From Nemertoderma westbladi (lineage: Eukaryota > Animalia > Xenacoelomorpha), in assembly GCA_032718475.1 (NCBI GenBank), contig JAUCBJ010001939.1:1-64000 (forward strand): 64,000 nt of DNA, read 5' to 3'. The position numbers and the translations under genes were made by a program. Numbering within the stretch: position 1 is the stretch's first letter; each line of letters opens with the position of its first letter. Below are positions 22,706-36,300 of this stretch, piece after piece. The notes beneath the pieces were generated by a model. It made no database searches and was not told where the DNA came from. It saw only the letters and a program-made list of their open reading frames with translations.

Positions 22706-23677
22706 GTTAATATTTAATGTAATTACAATTAATTAACATGCGATATATACGGGCCGGTCCCGGTACGCAGATACATAGTTTTTCCTGTTAACAGTTTCCT
22801 TTCCGCACAACCGAATTCTGTGGTCAGTCCAAGGGGCTCTTTTCGAGGGTATATACAGGAACTGTTTCTGCAGCTGCTAACTCTGCTTAGAGGCAGTATA
22901 TAGAAGGCACTAAGGCAGTATATATAGCCCTCGCAGTGATATGTTCTTATTATGATGCCTCAGAGTCGAGAACCTCGTACCTGTTGCTCAGCTTTAGTGT
23001 GAAGCTGGATCTCACACTTGACTGTTTACAACACAGAGGACCAGTCATGCCGTGTATAGAGGAAGATTTCTTAGATCTTTCTGCTAGCGCGGAGACTAAG
23101 TCGAGCTGTTACTGGCATTTAAGTTACCCAGGAATACAAATACTCAATAATATAAAGCGCAGGCAATAACATAATGAATACCCAAGAAACCAAATAACCA
23201 TAGCCTAACAGCAATAAATACCTCTTTAAATTACCTAATTATATTTTAACTATAAACGTTAAACCAGTTACTCTATAAAATATATTAATCGCAATATAAA
23301 TTCACCATATAAATCACCCACCCCGTGTCAGATAATAAACAGACTTTACGAAATGTTGCAGAATGAATAAAACCTTACTTTATGCGATTCGAGTTACGGG
23401 ACTTGAATTAGCGCTCTGGTGTACTTTATTCGCGAGAGTCGCTCTGAGCTGTTGTGATAATGCATTGCCTGTGATATAAATATTAGATATGAATGAAATG
23501 AATATATAAATATTGGCGTTCTGAAGTTCCATATTTTGCATCTGCTCTACGAGTTTATTTGCAAAAACTTCATGAACACTATAGGGAGATGTAGGTGTTG
23601 GATGGCATTCGTTATTAAAACGAATGAAAACGTTATTATTAGGAACGTTATTAATTTATATAATAAATAATTTGCAG

Positions 23678-23858
23678 AGGGTTTATTATCTGTCTCTCGA
23701 ATACTACATGGGAAGGACGTTAACCAACGCAATGCTCAACCTGGGGATACAAAATGAGTGTGATGATGCTATGTATGAGCTGGCGCTCGACATAGAAGAA
23801 CTGGAGGAGCAAGAGTCAGACGCTGGGCTGGGGAACGGTGGTCTAGGGAGGTTGGCTG
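23678..23858 (+). CDS. PYG: Glycogen phosphorylase exon 3
   Basis: AG|[15 protein letters not shown]...[13 protein letters not shown]|GTGAGT, phase 1. Confidence 0.95.
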
Positions 23859-25620
23859 GTGAGTATATATGGTAGGGGTGGGGAACGGTGGTCTAGGGAG
23901 GTTGGATGGTGAGTCTATAGGGTAGGGGGTGGGGAACGGTGGTCTAGGGAGGTTGGCTGGGGAGTCTATAGGGTAGGGGTGGGGAACGGTGGTCTAGGGA
24001 GGTTGGCTGGGGAGTCTATAGGGTAGGGGTGGGGAACGGTGGTCTAGGGAGGTTGGCTGGTGATTCTATAGGGTAGGGGTGGGGAACAGTGGTCTAGGGA
24101 GGTTGGCTGGGGAGTCTATAGGGTAGGGGTGGGGAACGGTGGTCTAGGGAGGTTGGCTGGGGATTCTATAGGGTAGGGGTGGGGAACGGTGGTCTAGGGA
24201 GGTTGGCTGGTGAGTCTATAGGGTAGGGGTGGGGAACGGTGGTCTAGGGAGGTTGGCAGGCGAGTCTATAGGGTAGGGGTGGGGAACGGTGGTCTATGGA
24301 GGTTGGCAGGTGAGTCTCTAGGGTAGGGGTGGGGAACGGTGGTCTAGGGAGGTTGGCTGGGGAGTCTATAGGGTAGGGGTGGGGAACGGTGGTCTAGGGA
24401 GGTTGGCTGGGGAGTCTATAGGGTAGGGGTGGGGAACGGTGGTCTAGGGAGGTTGGCAGGCGAGTCTATAGGGTAGGGGTGGGGAACGGTGTCTATGGAG
24501 GTTGGCAGGTGAGTCTATAGGGTAGGGGTGGGGAACGGTGGTCTAGGGAGGTTGGCTGGGGAGTCTATAGGGTAGGGGTGGGGAACGGTGGTCTAGGGAG
24601 GTTGGCTGGGGAGTCTATAGGGTAGGGGTGGGGAACGGTGGTCTAGGGAGGTTGGCTGGGGAGTCTATAGGGTAGGGGCGGGGAATGGTGGTCTAGGGTG
24701 GTTGGGTGGGGAACGGTGGTCTAGGGAGGTTGGCTGGGGAGTCTATAGGGTAGGGGTGGGGAACGGTGGTCTAGGGAGGTTGGCTGGGGAGTCTATAGGG
24801 TAGGGGTGGGGAACGGTGGTCTAGGGAGGTTGGCAGGTGAGTCTATAGGGTAGGGGTGGGGAACGGTGGCCTAGGGAGGTTGGCTGGGGATTCCATAGGG
24901 TAGGGGTGGGGAACTGTGGTCTAGGGAGGTTGGCAGGTGAGTCTATAGGGTAGGGGTGGGGAACGGTGGTCTAGGGAGGTTGGCAGGTGAGTCTATAGGG
25001 TAGGGGTGGGGAACGGTGGTCTAGGGGGGTTGGCAGGTGAGTCTATAGGGTAGGGGTGGGGAACGGTGGTCTAGGGTGATTGGCTAAAAGTAAAAAAAGT
25101 AAATTTTCTTCGGCCGCTTGGCCAGGGATTACGCACAAAGTCTGACGACTTATTTCCAGTGCGGTCCCCCCAGAACTTTACTCCCCAGAGGAAACTCTAG
25201 TACTCATTTAGCTACCACTTAAGGATGCAAGGCAGAGATGCGCCCAGGCTGGTCCCTTTAAAGCATTCGTGCCGAAACGAAAACTGCCCTGGCCCATGTG
25301 AGGATCGAAACCACGACCTACAGGAGATGTGAATTCAATGCAACCACTACACCAAGGTGGAACCTTGGCTGGGGAGTCTATAGAGTCGGGGTGGTGAACG
25401 GTGGTCTAGGGAAGTTGGCAAGTGAGTCTATAGAGTAGGGGTGGGGAACGGTGGTCTAGGGAAGTTGGCAAGTGAGTCTATAGAATAGGGGTGGGGAACG
25501 GTGGTCTAGGGAAGTTGGCAAGTGAGTCTATAGAATAGGGGTGGGGAACGGTGGTCTAGGGAAGTTGGCAAGTGAGTCTATAGAGTAGGGGTGGGGAACG
25601 GTGGTCTATGGAGGTTGGGT
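23829..25620 (+). repeat. G-rich 50-bp minisatellite derived from exon 3 end plus splice donor (~30 copies)
   Basis: Unit GGGGAACGGTGGTCTAGGGAGGTTGGCTGG(T/G)GAGTCTATAGGGTAGGGGT; interrupted by a SINE. Confidence 0.97.
25086..25364 (-). mobile_element. tRNA-derived SINE, near full length, with TTGGCT target-site duplication
   Basis: Minus strand: A-box TGGTGTAGTGG, B-box-like GTTTCGATCC, T-rich (TTTAC) tail; TTGGCT on both flanks. Confidence 0.82.
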
Positions 25621-25663
25621 TTTAGATGCAGGTAACAGTATTTCGCCGTTTGTTTCTTCTCAG

Positions 25664-25899
25664 CGTGTTTCTTGGATTCCATGGCAACCCTTGGTTTATC
25701 AGCTGTTGGCTATGGGATTCTCTACGACTACGGTATATTCACGCAGAAGATCGATGACGGTTGGCAGGTGGAGGAGCCCGATGATTGGCTTCGTTTCGGT
25801 AACATTTGGCAGAAGGACCGGCCCGAGTACCAGATACCCATCAACTTCTACGGACGTGTCGACGAATCGTCAGGGAAACCAAAATGGGTGGACACTAAG
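25664..25899 (+). CDS. PYG: Glycogen phosphorylase exon 4
   Basis: AG|[38 protein letters not shown]...WVDTK|GT. Confidence 0.95.
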
Positions 25900-26012
25900 G
25901 TTACAACCTTTCCCTTTATGCTAATTAAGTTAAGCTATTTGCTTACAAATATTTGAAACTCCAAAGAGACATAATGCCCAGATCCACATTACCGTTCGTT
26001 CATCCTTTGCAG

Positions 26013-26217
26013 ATAATATTGGCAGTTCCGCACGATATGCCGGTCCCTGGTTACCGTAACAACGTGGTAAACACACTACGTCTGTGGTCTGCGAAAGCCC
26101 CCCTTGACTTTAACCTCAGGATGTTCAACACTGGCGAATATATCACTGCGGTTTGTGAAAGAAACAACGCCGAGAATATCAGTCGGGTTTTGTACCCGAA
26201 TGACAACATGTTTGAAG
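26013..26217 (+). CDS. PYG: Glycogen phosphorylase exon 5
   Basis: AG|[29 protein letters not shown]...[16 protein letters not shown]|GT. Confidence 0.95.
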
Positions 26218-26562
26218 GTCAGTGAGTGGAATGCGAATATTTATTGATTACCAAACTCATAATGTAGAGCTATTATAGTGCAACCCATTCTATAATGCTG
26301 ATATCTGTCAAGATCGGACGTTTCGCAATATAACATCCGACGGTGGAATCCCGACTGAATACAATTAATACTTTATAGTCCCTCACGCTCCGATTTTTTT
26401 AAGTCGGGAATGAAATGGAATCGAGTTGGATTACTTAATGTTCACTGTGGAGTAGTTGATGTAGCCGGCTGGCGGCTATATATGCATAGGGGAGGTGGCC
26501 TGGTATAAATAACATTATAAATTAGTACCACATTGTATTGGTGATTATACCTTGTGTTTTAG

Positions 26563-26696
26563 GTAAAGAACTTCGGTTGAAGCAGGAATACTTCATGGTA
26601 TCGGCGACCTTGCAGGATATTCTCCGTCGATTTAAAGCTAACAAGTTTGGCTGCACGAAGCCAAGTCGGGCTGACTTTAGCACCCTCCCAGACAAG
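26563..26696 (+). CDS. PYG: Glycogen phosphorylase exon 6
   Basis: AG|[24 protein letters not shown]...PDK|GT. Confidence 0.95.
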
Positions 26697-26971
26697 GTGA
26701 ATGTTGGGGAAGTTCTCAGCTTCTAACTATCACTAACTCCTCTAATTAATTATTTGTATCGTTCAATACATCAGCAAAGCTTAGCCCATCAGTAGTTCCG
26801 TATCCTGGCCGTTCCGTATCAGTAGTTCCGTATCCGGGCCGTTCCGTACTTTTTGCAAAGTTTAGCTTTGTTACGTATCCTTACCGCTTCGTAGTTACGC
26901 TATGATTAGCCGTTTTCTATGGTTCCTTAACGTTCCATACTTTATCTAAGTTTAGCCGTTTTGAAGTTCCT

Positions 26972-27392
26972 GACTTTTGCTACTTGGGATCAGGAATTGA
27001 ATAAAACAAAATCTTAAGGTTCGACTATTTAGACCCGCAGTACTAAGCAGTATAGTATAAGCTAGTATAAGCAGTACTCCTCTATGGGAGGCCATACTGG
27101 GCTCTAACTGCAGAGGATAACAAATCCCTGCATGACACAATAATCATTCGTTTGGTTCACTTCACTGTATCATGTACAAAGCATATCTCCAACCAGACAC
27201 TATACAGCATTGGAGGTGTCTCATTGGTCCTCATAAGCATGATGCTAGAGCAGAGCCGCTTCCCCTTTACAGGACATTCCCTTCGCTGTGAGGACTACTT
27301 CGGTAACCTCAAAGAGGGAATATAAGCATGGTGGACTGGACAGCCCATGACTTTCTTAAGGCGCCACTTAAATGACATTGGCCTTGAAGATG
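26972..27392 (+). mobile_element. Degenerate RTE-like LINE fragment
   Basis: Nucleotide similarity to 52320-52825 (cttaaggttcgactattt..., catatctccaaccagacactata..., ggacagcccatgactttctt). Confidence 0.8.
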
Positions 27393-30300
27393 TTCTGTGG
27401 TCCCTTACAGTTCCGTACTCTCACTAAGTTTATCCGTTCTATGGTTCCGTACTCTCACTAAGTTTATCCGTTTTGTGGTTCCTTACCGTTCCGTACTCTT
27501 AATAAGTTTATCCGTTCTGTGGTTCCTTACCGTTCCGTACTACCACTAACTTTATCCGTTCTGTGGTTCCTTACCGTTCCCTACTCTTACTAAGTTTATC
27601 CGTTCTGTGGTTCCTTACCGTTCCGTACTACCACTAAGTTTATCCGTTCTATGGTTCCGTACTCTCACTAAGTTTACCCGTTCTGTGGTTCCTTACCGTT
27701 CCGTTCTCTCACTAAGTGTAGCCGTTCTACCGTTCCGTACTCCCACTAAGTTTATCCATTCTGTGGTTCCTTACCGTTACTTACTACCACTAAGTTTACC
27801 CGTTCTGTGGTTCCTTACCGTTCCGTACGCTCACTAAGTGTAGCCGTTCTACCGTTCCGTACTCTCAATAAGTTTACCCGTTCTGTGGTTCCTTACCGTT
27901 CCGTACTCTCACTAAGTGTAGCCGTTCTACCGTTCCGTACTCTCAATAAGTTTACCCGTTCTGTGGTTCCTTACCGTTCCGTACTCTCACTAAGTGTAGC
28001 CGTTCTACCGTTCCGTACTCTCACTAAGTTTATCCGTTCTGTGGTTCCTTACCGTTCCGTACTACCACTAAGTTTATCCGTTCTGTGGTTCCTTACCGTT
28101 CCGTACTACCACTAAGTTTATCCGTTCTGTGGTTCCTTACCGTTCCGTACTCTCACTAAGTGTAGCCGTTCTACCGTTCCGTACTCTCAATAAGATTACC
28201 CGTTCTGTGGTTCCTTACCGTTCCGTACTCTCACTAAGTGTAGCCGTTCTACCGTTCCGTACTCTCACTAAGTTTATCCGTTCTGTGGTTCCTTACCGTT
28301 CCGTACTACCACTAAGTTTATCCGTTCTGTGGTTCCTTCCCGTTCCGTACTCTCACTAAGTGTAGCCGTTCTGTGGTTCCTTACCGTTCCGTACTACCAC
28401 TAAGTTTAATCGTTCTGTGGTTCCTTACCGTTCCGTACTACCACTAAGTTTATCCGTTCTGTGGTTCCTTACCGTTCCGTACTACCACTAAGTTTATCCG
28501 TTCTGTGGTTCCTTACCGTTCCCTACTCTCACTAAGTGTAGCCGTTCTACCGTTCCGTACTTCCACTAAGTTTATCCGTTCTGTGGTTCCTTACCGTTCC
28601 GTACTACCACTAAGTTTAATCGTTCTGTGGTTCCTTACCGTTCCGTACTACCACTAAGTTTATCCGTTCTGTGGTTCCTTACCGTTCCGTACTACCACTA
28701 AGTTTATCCGTTCTGTGGTTCCTTACCGTTCCGTACTACCACTAAGTTTATCCGTTCTGTGGTTCCTTACCGTTCCGTAATACCACTAAGTTTATCCGTT
28801 CTGTGGTTCCTTACCGTTCCGTACTACCACTAAGTTTAGCCGTTCTGTGGTTCCTTACCGTTCCCTACTCTCACTAAGTGTAGACGTTCTACCGTTCCGT
28901 ACTCCCACTAAGTTTATCCGTTCTGTGGTTCCTTACCGTTACGTACTACCACTAAGTTTACCCGTTCTGTGGTTCCTTACCGTTCCGTACTCTCACTAAG
29001 TGTAGCCGTTCTACCGTTCCGTACTCTCAATAAGTTTACCCGTTCTGTGGTTCCTTACCGTTCCGTACTCTCACTAAGTGTAGCCGTTCTACCGTTCCGT
29101 ACTCTCAATAAGTTTACCCGTTCTGTGGTTCCTTACCGTTCCGTACTCTCACTAAGTTTATCCGTTCTGTGGTTCCTTACCGTTCCGTACTACCACTAAG
29201 TTTATCCGTTCTGTGGTTCCTTACCGTTCCGTACTACCACTAAGTTTATCCGTTCTGTGGTTCCTTACCGTTCCGTACTCTCACGAAGTGTAGCCGTTCT
29301 ACCGTTCCGTACTCTCAATAAGTTTACCCGTTCTGTGGTTCCTTACCGTTCCATACTCTCACTAAGTGTAGCCGTTCTACCGTTCCGTACTCTCAATAAG
29401 TTTATCCGTTCTGTGGTTCCTTACCGTTCCGTACTTACCACTAAGTGCAGCCGTTCTACCGTTCCGTACTACCACTAAGTTTATCCGTTCTGTGGTTCCT
29501 TACCGTTCCGTACTACCACTAAGTTTATCCGTTATGTGGTTCCTTACCGTTCCGTACTACCACTAAGTTTATCCGTTCTGTGGTTCCTTACCGTTCCGTA
29601 CTACCACTAAGTTTATCCGTTCTGTGGTTCCTTACCGTTCCGTACTACCACTAAGTTTATCCGTTCTGTGGTTCCTTACCGTTCCCTACTCCCACTAAGT
29701 TTAATCGTTCTGTGGTTCCTTACCGTTCCGTACTACCACTAAGTTTAATCGTTCTGTGGTTCCTTACCGTTCCGTACTCTCACTAAGTGTAGCCGTTCTA
29801 CCGTTCCGTACTACCACTAGGTTTATCAGTTCTGTGGTTCCTTACCCTTACGTACTACCACTAAGTTTACCCGTTCCGTGGTTCCTTACCGTTCCGTACT
29901 CTCACAAGTGTAGCCGTTCTACCGTTCCGTACTCTCAATAAGTTTATCCGTTCTGTGGTTCCTTACCGTTCCGTACTTACCACTATAAGTGCAGCCGTTC
30001 TACCGTTCCGTACTACCACTAAGTTTATCCGTTCTGTGGTTCCTTACCGTTCCGTACTACCACTAAGTTTATCCGTTATGTGGTTCCTTACCGTTCCGTA
30101 CTACCACTAAGTTTATCCGTTCTGTGGTTCCTTACCGTTCCGTACTACCACTAAGTTTATCCGTTCTGTGGTTCCTTACCGTTCCGTACTACCACTAAGT
30201 TTATCCGTTCTGTGGTTCCTTACCGTTCCCTACTCCCACTAAGTTTAATCGTTCTGTGGTTCCTTACCGTTCCGTACTACCACTAAGTTTAATCGTTCTG

Positions 30301-33300
30301 TGGTTCCTTACCGTTCCGTACTCTCACTAAGTGTAGCCGTTCTACCGTTCCGTACTACCACTAGGTTTATCAGTTCTGTGGTTCCTTACCCTTACGTACT
30401 ACCACTAAGTTTACCCGTTCCGTGGTTCCTTACCGTTCCGTACTCTCACTAAGTGTAGCCGTTCTACCGTTCCGTACTCTCAATAAGTTTACCCGTTCTG
30501 TGGTTCCTTACCGTTCCGTACTCTCACTAAGTGTAGCCGTTCTACCGTTCCGTACTCTGAATAAGTTTACCCGTTCTGTGGTTCCTTACCGTTCCGTACT
30601 CTCACTAAGTGCAACCGTTCTACCGTTCCGTACTCTCACTAAGTTTATCCGTTCTGTGGTTCCTTACCGTTCCGTACTACCACTAAGTTTATCCGTTCTG
30701 TGGTTCCTTACCGTTCCGTACTACCACTAAGTTTATCCGTTCTGTGGTTCCTTACCGTTCCGTACTCTCACTAAGTGTAGCCGTTCTACCATTCCGTACT
30801 CTCAATAAGTTTACCCGTTCTGTGGTTCCTTACCGTCCCGTACTCTCACTAAGTGTAGCCGTTCTACCGTTCCGTACTCTCAATAAGTTTACCCGTTCTG
30901 TGGTTCCTTACCGTTCCGTACTCTCACTAAGTGTAGCCGTTCTACCGTTCCGTACTCTCACTAAGTTTATCCGTTCTGTGGTTCCTTACCGTTCCGTACT
31001 ACCACTAAGTTTATCCGTTCTGTGGTTCCTTCCCGTTCCGTACTACCATTAAGTTTATCCGTTCTGTGGTTCCTTACCGTTCCGTACTACCACTAAGTTT
31101 AATCGTTCTGTGGTTCCTTACCGTTCCGTACTACCACTAAGTTTATCCGTTCTGTGGTTCCTTACCGTTCCGTACTACCACTAAGTTTATCCGTTCTGTG
31201 GTTCCTTACCGTTCCGTAATACCACTAAGTTTATCCGTTCTGTGGTTCCTTACCGTTCCGTACTACCACTAAGTTTAGCCGTTCTGTGGTTCCTTACCGT
31301 TCCCTACTCTCACTAAGTGTAGCCGTTCTACCGTTCCGTACTCCCACTAAGTTTATCCGTTCTGTGGTTCCTTACCGTTACGTACTACCACTAAGTTTAT
31401 CCGTTCTGTGGTTCCTTACCGTTCCGTACTCTCACTAAGTGTAGCCGTTCTACCGTTCCGTACTTTCAATAAGTTTACCCGTTCTGTGGTTCCTTACCGT
31501 TCCGTACTCTCACTAAGTGTAGCCGTTCTACCGTTCCGTACTCTCAATAAGTTTACCCGTTCTATGGGTCCTTACCGTTCCGTACTCTCACTAAGTTTAT
31601 CCGTTCTGTGGTTCCTTACCGTTCCGTACTACCACTAAGTTTATCCGTTCTGTGGTTCCTTACCGTTCCGTGCTACCACTAAGTTTATCCGTTCTGTGGT
31701 TCCTTACCGTTCCCTACTCTCACTAAGTGTAGCCGTTCTACCGTTCCGTACTCCCACTAAGTTTATCCGTTCTGTGGTTCCTTACCGTTACGTACTACCA
31801 CTAAGTTTACCCGTTCTGTGGTTCCTTACCGTTCCGTACTCTCACTAAGTGTAGCCGTTCTACCGTTCCGTACTCTCAATAAGTTTACCCGTTCTGTGGT
31901 TCCTTACCGTTCCGTACTCTCACTAAGTGTAGCCGTTCTACCGTTCCGTACTCTAAATAAGTTTACCCGTTCTGTGGTTCCTTACCGTTCCGTACTCTCA
32001 CTAAGTTTATCCGTTCTGTGGTTCCTTGCCGTTCCGTACTACCACTAAGTTTATCCGTTCTGTGGTTCCTTACCGTTCCGTACTACCACTAAGTTTATCC
32101 GTTCTGTGGTTCCTTACCGTTCCGTACTACCACTAAGTTTAATCGTTCTGTGGTTCCTTACCGTTCCGTACTCTCACTAAGTTTATCCGTTCTGTGGTTC
32201 CTTACCGTTCCGTACTACCACTAAGTTTATCCGTTCTGTGGTTCCTTACCGTTCCGTACTCTCACTAAGTTTATCCGTTCTGTGGTTCCTTACCGTTCCG
32301 TACTACCACTAAGTTTATCCGTTCTGTGGTTCCTTACCGTTCCGTACTACCACTAAGTTTATCCGTTCTGTGGTTCCTTACCGTTCCGTACTACCACTAA
32401 GTTTATCCGTTCTGTGGTTCCTTACCGTTCCGTACTACCACTAAGTTTAATCGTTCTGTGGTTCCTTACCGTTCCGTACTCTCACTAAGTGTAGCCGTTC
32501 TACCGTTCCGTACTACCACTAAGTTTATCGGTTCTGTGGTTCCTTACCGTTCCGTACTACCACTAAGTTTATCCGTACTGTGGTTCCTTACCGTTCCGTA
32601 CTACCACTAAGTTTATCCGTTCTGTGGTTCCTTACCGTTCCGTACTACCACTAAGTTTATCCGTTCTGTGGTTCCTTACCTTTCCGTACTACCACTAAGT
32701 TTAGCCGTTCTGTGGTTCCTTACCGTTCCCTACTCTCAATAAGTTTACCCGTTCTGTGGTTCCTTACCGTTCCGTACTCTCACTACGTGTAGCCGTTCTA
32801 CCGTTCCGTACTCCCACTAAGTTTATCCGTTCTGTGGTTCCTTACCGTTCCGTACTACCACTAAGTTTAGCCGTTCTGTGGTTCCTTACCGTTCCCTACT
32901 CTCAATAAGTTTACCCGTTCTGTGGTTCCTTACCGTTCCGTACTCTCACTAAGTGTAGCCGTTCTACCTTTCCCTACTCCCACTAAGTTTATCCGTTCTG
33001 TGGTTCCTTACCGTTCCGTACTACCACTAAGTTTATCCGTTCTGTGGTTCCTTACCGTTCCGTACTACCACTAAGTTTAGCCGTTCTGTGGTTCCTTACC
33101 GTTCCCTACTCTCAATAAGTTTATCCGTTCTGTGGTTCCTTACCGTTCCGTACTACCACTAAGTTTATCCGTTCTGTGGTTCTTACCGTTCCGTACTACC
33201 ACTAAGTTTAGCCGTTCTGTGGTTCCTTACCGTTCCCTACTCTCAATAAGTTTACCCGTTCTGTGGTTCCTTACAGTTCCGTACTCCCACTAAGTTTATC

Positions 33301-34745
33301 CGTTCTGTGGTTCCTTACCGTTCCGTACTACCACTAAGATTAGCCGTTCTGTGGTTCCTTACCGTTCCCTACTCTCAATAAGTTTACCCGTTCTGTGGTT
33401 CCTTACCGTTCCGTACTCTCACTAAGTGTAGCCGTTCTACCTTTCCCTACTCCCACTAAGTTTATCCGTTCTGTGGTTCCTTACCGTTCCGTACTACCAC
33501 TAAGTTTATCCGTTCTGTGGTTCCTTACCGTTCCGTACTACCACTAAGTTTAGCCGTTCTGTGGTTCCTTACCGTTCCCTACTCTCAATAAGTTTATCCG
33601 TTCTGTGGTTCCTTACCGTTCCGTACTACCACTAAGTTTATCCGTTCTGTGGTTCTTACCGTTCCGTACTACCACTAAGTTTAGCCGTTCTGTGGTTCCT
33701 TACCGTTCCCTACTCTCAATAAGTTTACCCGTTCTGTGGTTCCTTACAGTTCCGTACTCCCACTAAGTTTATCCGTTCTGTGGTTCCTTACCGTTCCGTA
33801 CTACCATTAAGTTTATCCGTTCTGTGGTTCCTTACCGTTCCGTACTCTCAATAAGTTTAGCCGTTCTGTGGTTCCTTACCGTTCCCTACTCTCAATAAGT
33901 TTACCCGTTCTGTGGTTCATTACCTGTTCCGTACTCTCACTAAGTGTAGCCGTTCTACCGTTTCTTACTCCCACTAAGTTTATCCGTTCTGTGGTTCCTT
34001 ACCGTTCCGTACTCCCACTAAGTTTATCCGTTCTGTGATTCCTTACCGTTCCGTACTACCACTAAGTTTATCCGTTCTGTGGTTCCTTACCGTCCCGTAC
34101 TCCCACTAAGTTTATCCGTTCTGTGATTCCTTACCGTTCCGTACTACCACTAAGTTTATCCGTTCTGTGGTTCCTTACCGTCCCGTACTACCACTAAGTA
34201 TATCCGTTCTGTGGTTCCTTACCGTTCCGTACTACCACTAAGTTTAGCCGTTCTGTGGTTCCTTACCGTTCCGTACTCTCACTAAGTGTAGCCGTTCTAC
34301 CGTTCCGTACTACCACTAAGTTTATCCGTTCTGTGGTTCCTTACCGTTCCGTACTCTCACTAAGTTTATCCGTTCTATGGTTCCTTACCGTTCCGTACTA
34401 CCATTAAGTTTATCCGTTTTGTGGTTCCTTACCGTTCCGTACTCTCACTAAGTTTATCCGTTCTGTGGTTCCTTACCGTTCCGTACTACCACTAAGTTTA
34501 TCCGTTCTATGGTTCCTTACCGTTCCGTACTACCACTAAGTTTATCCGTTCTGTGGTTCCTTACCGTTCCGTACTACCACTAAGTTTATCCGTTCTGTGG
34601 TTCCTTACCGTTCCGTACTCTCACTAAGTTTATCCGTTCTGTGGTTCCTTACCGTTCCGTACTCTCACTAAGTTTATCCGTTCTGTGGTTCCTTACCGTT
34701 CCGTACTCTTAATAAGTTTACCCGTTCTGTGGTTCCTTAAGGTTT
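27393..34745 (+). repeat. 7.3-kb intronic satellite of 44-bp and 34-bp units with higher-order structure
   Basis: GTTCTGTGGTTCCTTACCGTTCCGTACTACCACTAAGTTTATCC (44) interleaved with GTTCTACCGTTCCGTACTCTCAATAAGTTTACCC (34), giving 78-bp dimers. Confidence 0.98.
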
Positions 34746-34782
34746 CGTACCTTCTCTCACATACTTTCTCTCTCTCCTATAG

Positions 34783-35022
34783 GTGGTTCTTCAGCTGAAC
34801 GATACTCACCCTTCTTTGGCTATACCCGAGTTAATGCGTCTACTGGTGGACGTTGAGGGACTGGAGTGGGACAAGGCGTGGTCTATTACCACCCGTACCT
34901 GCGCCTACACCAACCACACTATTCTACCTGAGGCATTAGAACGATGGCCCACCTCCCTCCTCGAATCACTTCTACCTCGTCATCTTCAAATCATTTATCT
35001 CATCAATCACAACCATCTCAAG
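34783..35022 (+). CDS. PYG: Glycogen phosphorylase exon 7
   Basis: AG|[21 protein letters not shown]...[15 protein letters not shown]...[10 protein letters not shown]...HLK|GT. Confidence 0.96.
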
Positions 35023-35045
35023 GTTTGTGAGTTAATGTACTGCAA

Positions 35046-36300
35046 CTGCACTGTTATAACAAATACATTAGTGTACTGCACTGCTATAACAAATACATTA
35101 GTGTACTGCACTGCTATAACAAATACATTAATGTACTGCACTGTTATAACAAATACATTAGTGTACTGCACTGTTATAACAAATACATTAGTGTACTGCA
35201 CTGTTATAACAAATACATTAGTGTACTGCACTGCTATAACAAATACATTAGTGTACTGCACTGTTATAACAAATACATTAGTGTACTGCACTGTTATAAC
35301 AAATACATTAGTGTACTGCACTGCTATAACAAATACATTAGTGTACTGCACTGTTATAACAAATACATTAGTGTACTGCACTGCTATAACAAATACATTA
35401 GTGTACTGCACTGCTATAACAAATACATTAGTGTACTGCACTGTTATAACAAATACATTAGTGTACTGCACTGTTATAACAAATACATTAGTGTACTGCA
35501 CTGCTATAACAAATACATTAGTGTACTGCACTGTTAGTTATAACAAATACATTAGTGTACTGCACTGTTATAACAAATACATTAGTGTACTGCACTGTTA
35601 TAACAAATACATTAGTGTACTGCACTGCTATAACAAATACATTAGTGTACTGCACTGCTATAACAAATACATTAGTGTACTGCACTGTTATAACAAATAC
35701 ATTAGTGTACTGCACTGCTATAACAAATACATTAGTGTACTGCACTGTTATAACAAATACATTAGTGTACTGCACTGCTATAACAAATACATTAGTGTAC
35801 TGCACTGTTATAACAAATACATTAGTGTACTGCACTGTTATAACAAATACATTAGTGTACTGCACTGCTATAACAAATACATTAGTGTACTGCACTGCTA
35901 TAACAAATACATTAGTGTACTGCACTGTTATAACAAATACATTAGTGTACTGCACTGTTATAACAAATACATTAGTGTACTGCACTGCTATAACAAATAC
36001 ATTAGTGTACTGCACTGCTATAACAAATACATTAGTGTACTGCACTGCTATAACAAATACATTAGTGTACTGCACTGCTATAACAAATACATTAGTGTAC
36101 TGCACTGCTATAACAAATACATTAGTGTACTGCACTGCTATAACAAATACATTAGTGTACTGCACTGTTATAACAAATACATTAGTGTACTGCACTGTTA
36201 TAACAAATACATTAGTGTACTGCACTGTTATAACAAATACATTAGTGTACTGCACTGTTATAACAAATACATTAGTGTACTGTACTGCTATAACAAATAT
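35046..36300 (+). repeat. 30-bp tandem repeat (~42 copies)
   Basis: Unit ACTGCACTG(T/C)TATAACAAATACATTAGTGT. Confidence 0.98.

Noticed and set aside
25290-25364. tRNA gene (also 14680-14749)
   Set aside because: A/B boxes are present but there is no clean cloverleaf; it continues into a shared body, tail and TSD, so it is a SINE head.
27607-32048. Many 60-102 aa ORFs (MVPYRSVLSLSVAV...)
   Set aside because: Translation artefacts of the 78-bp satellite dimer inside a PYG intron.
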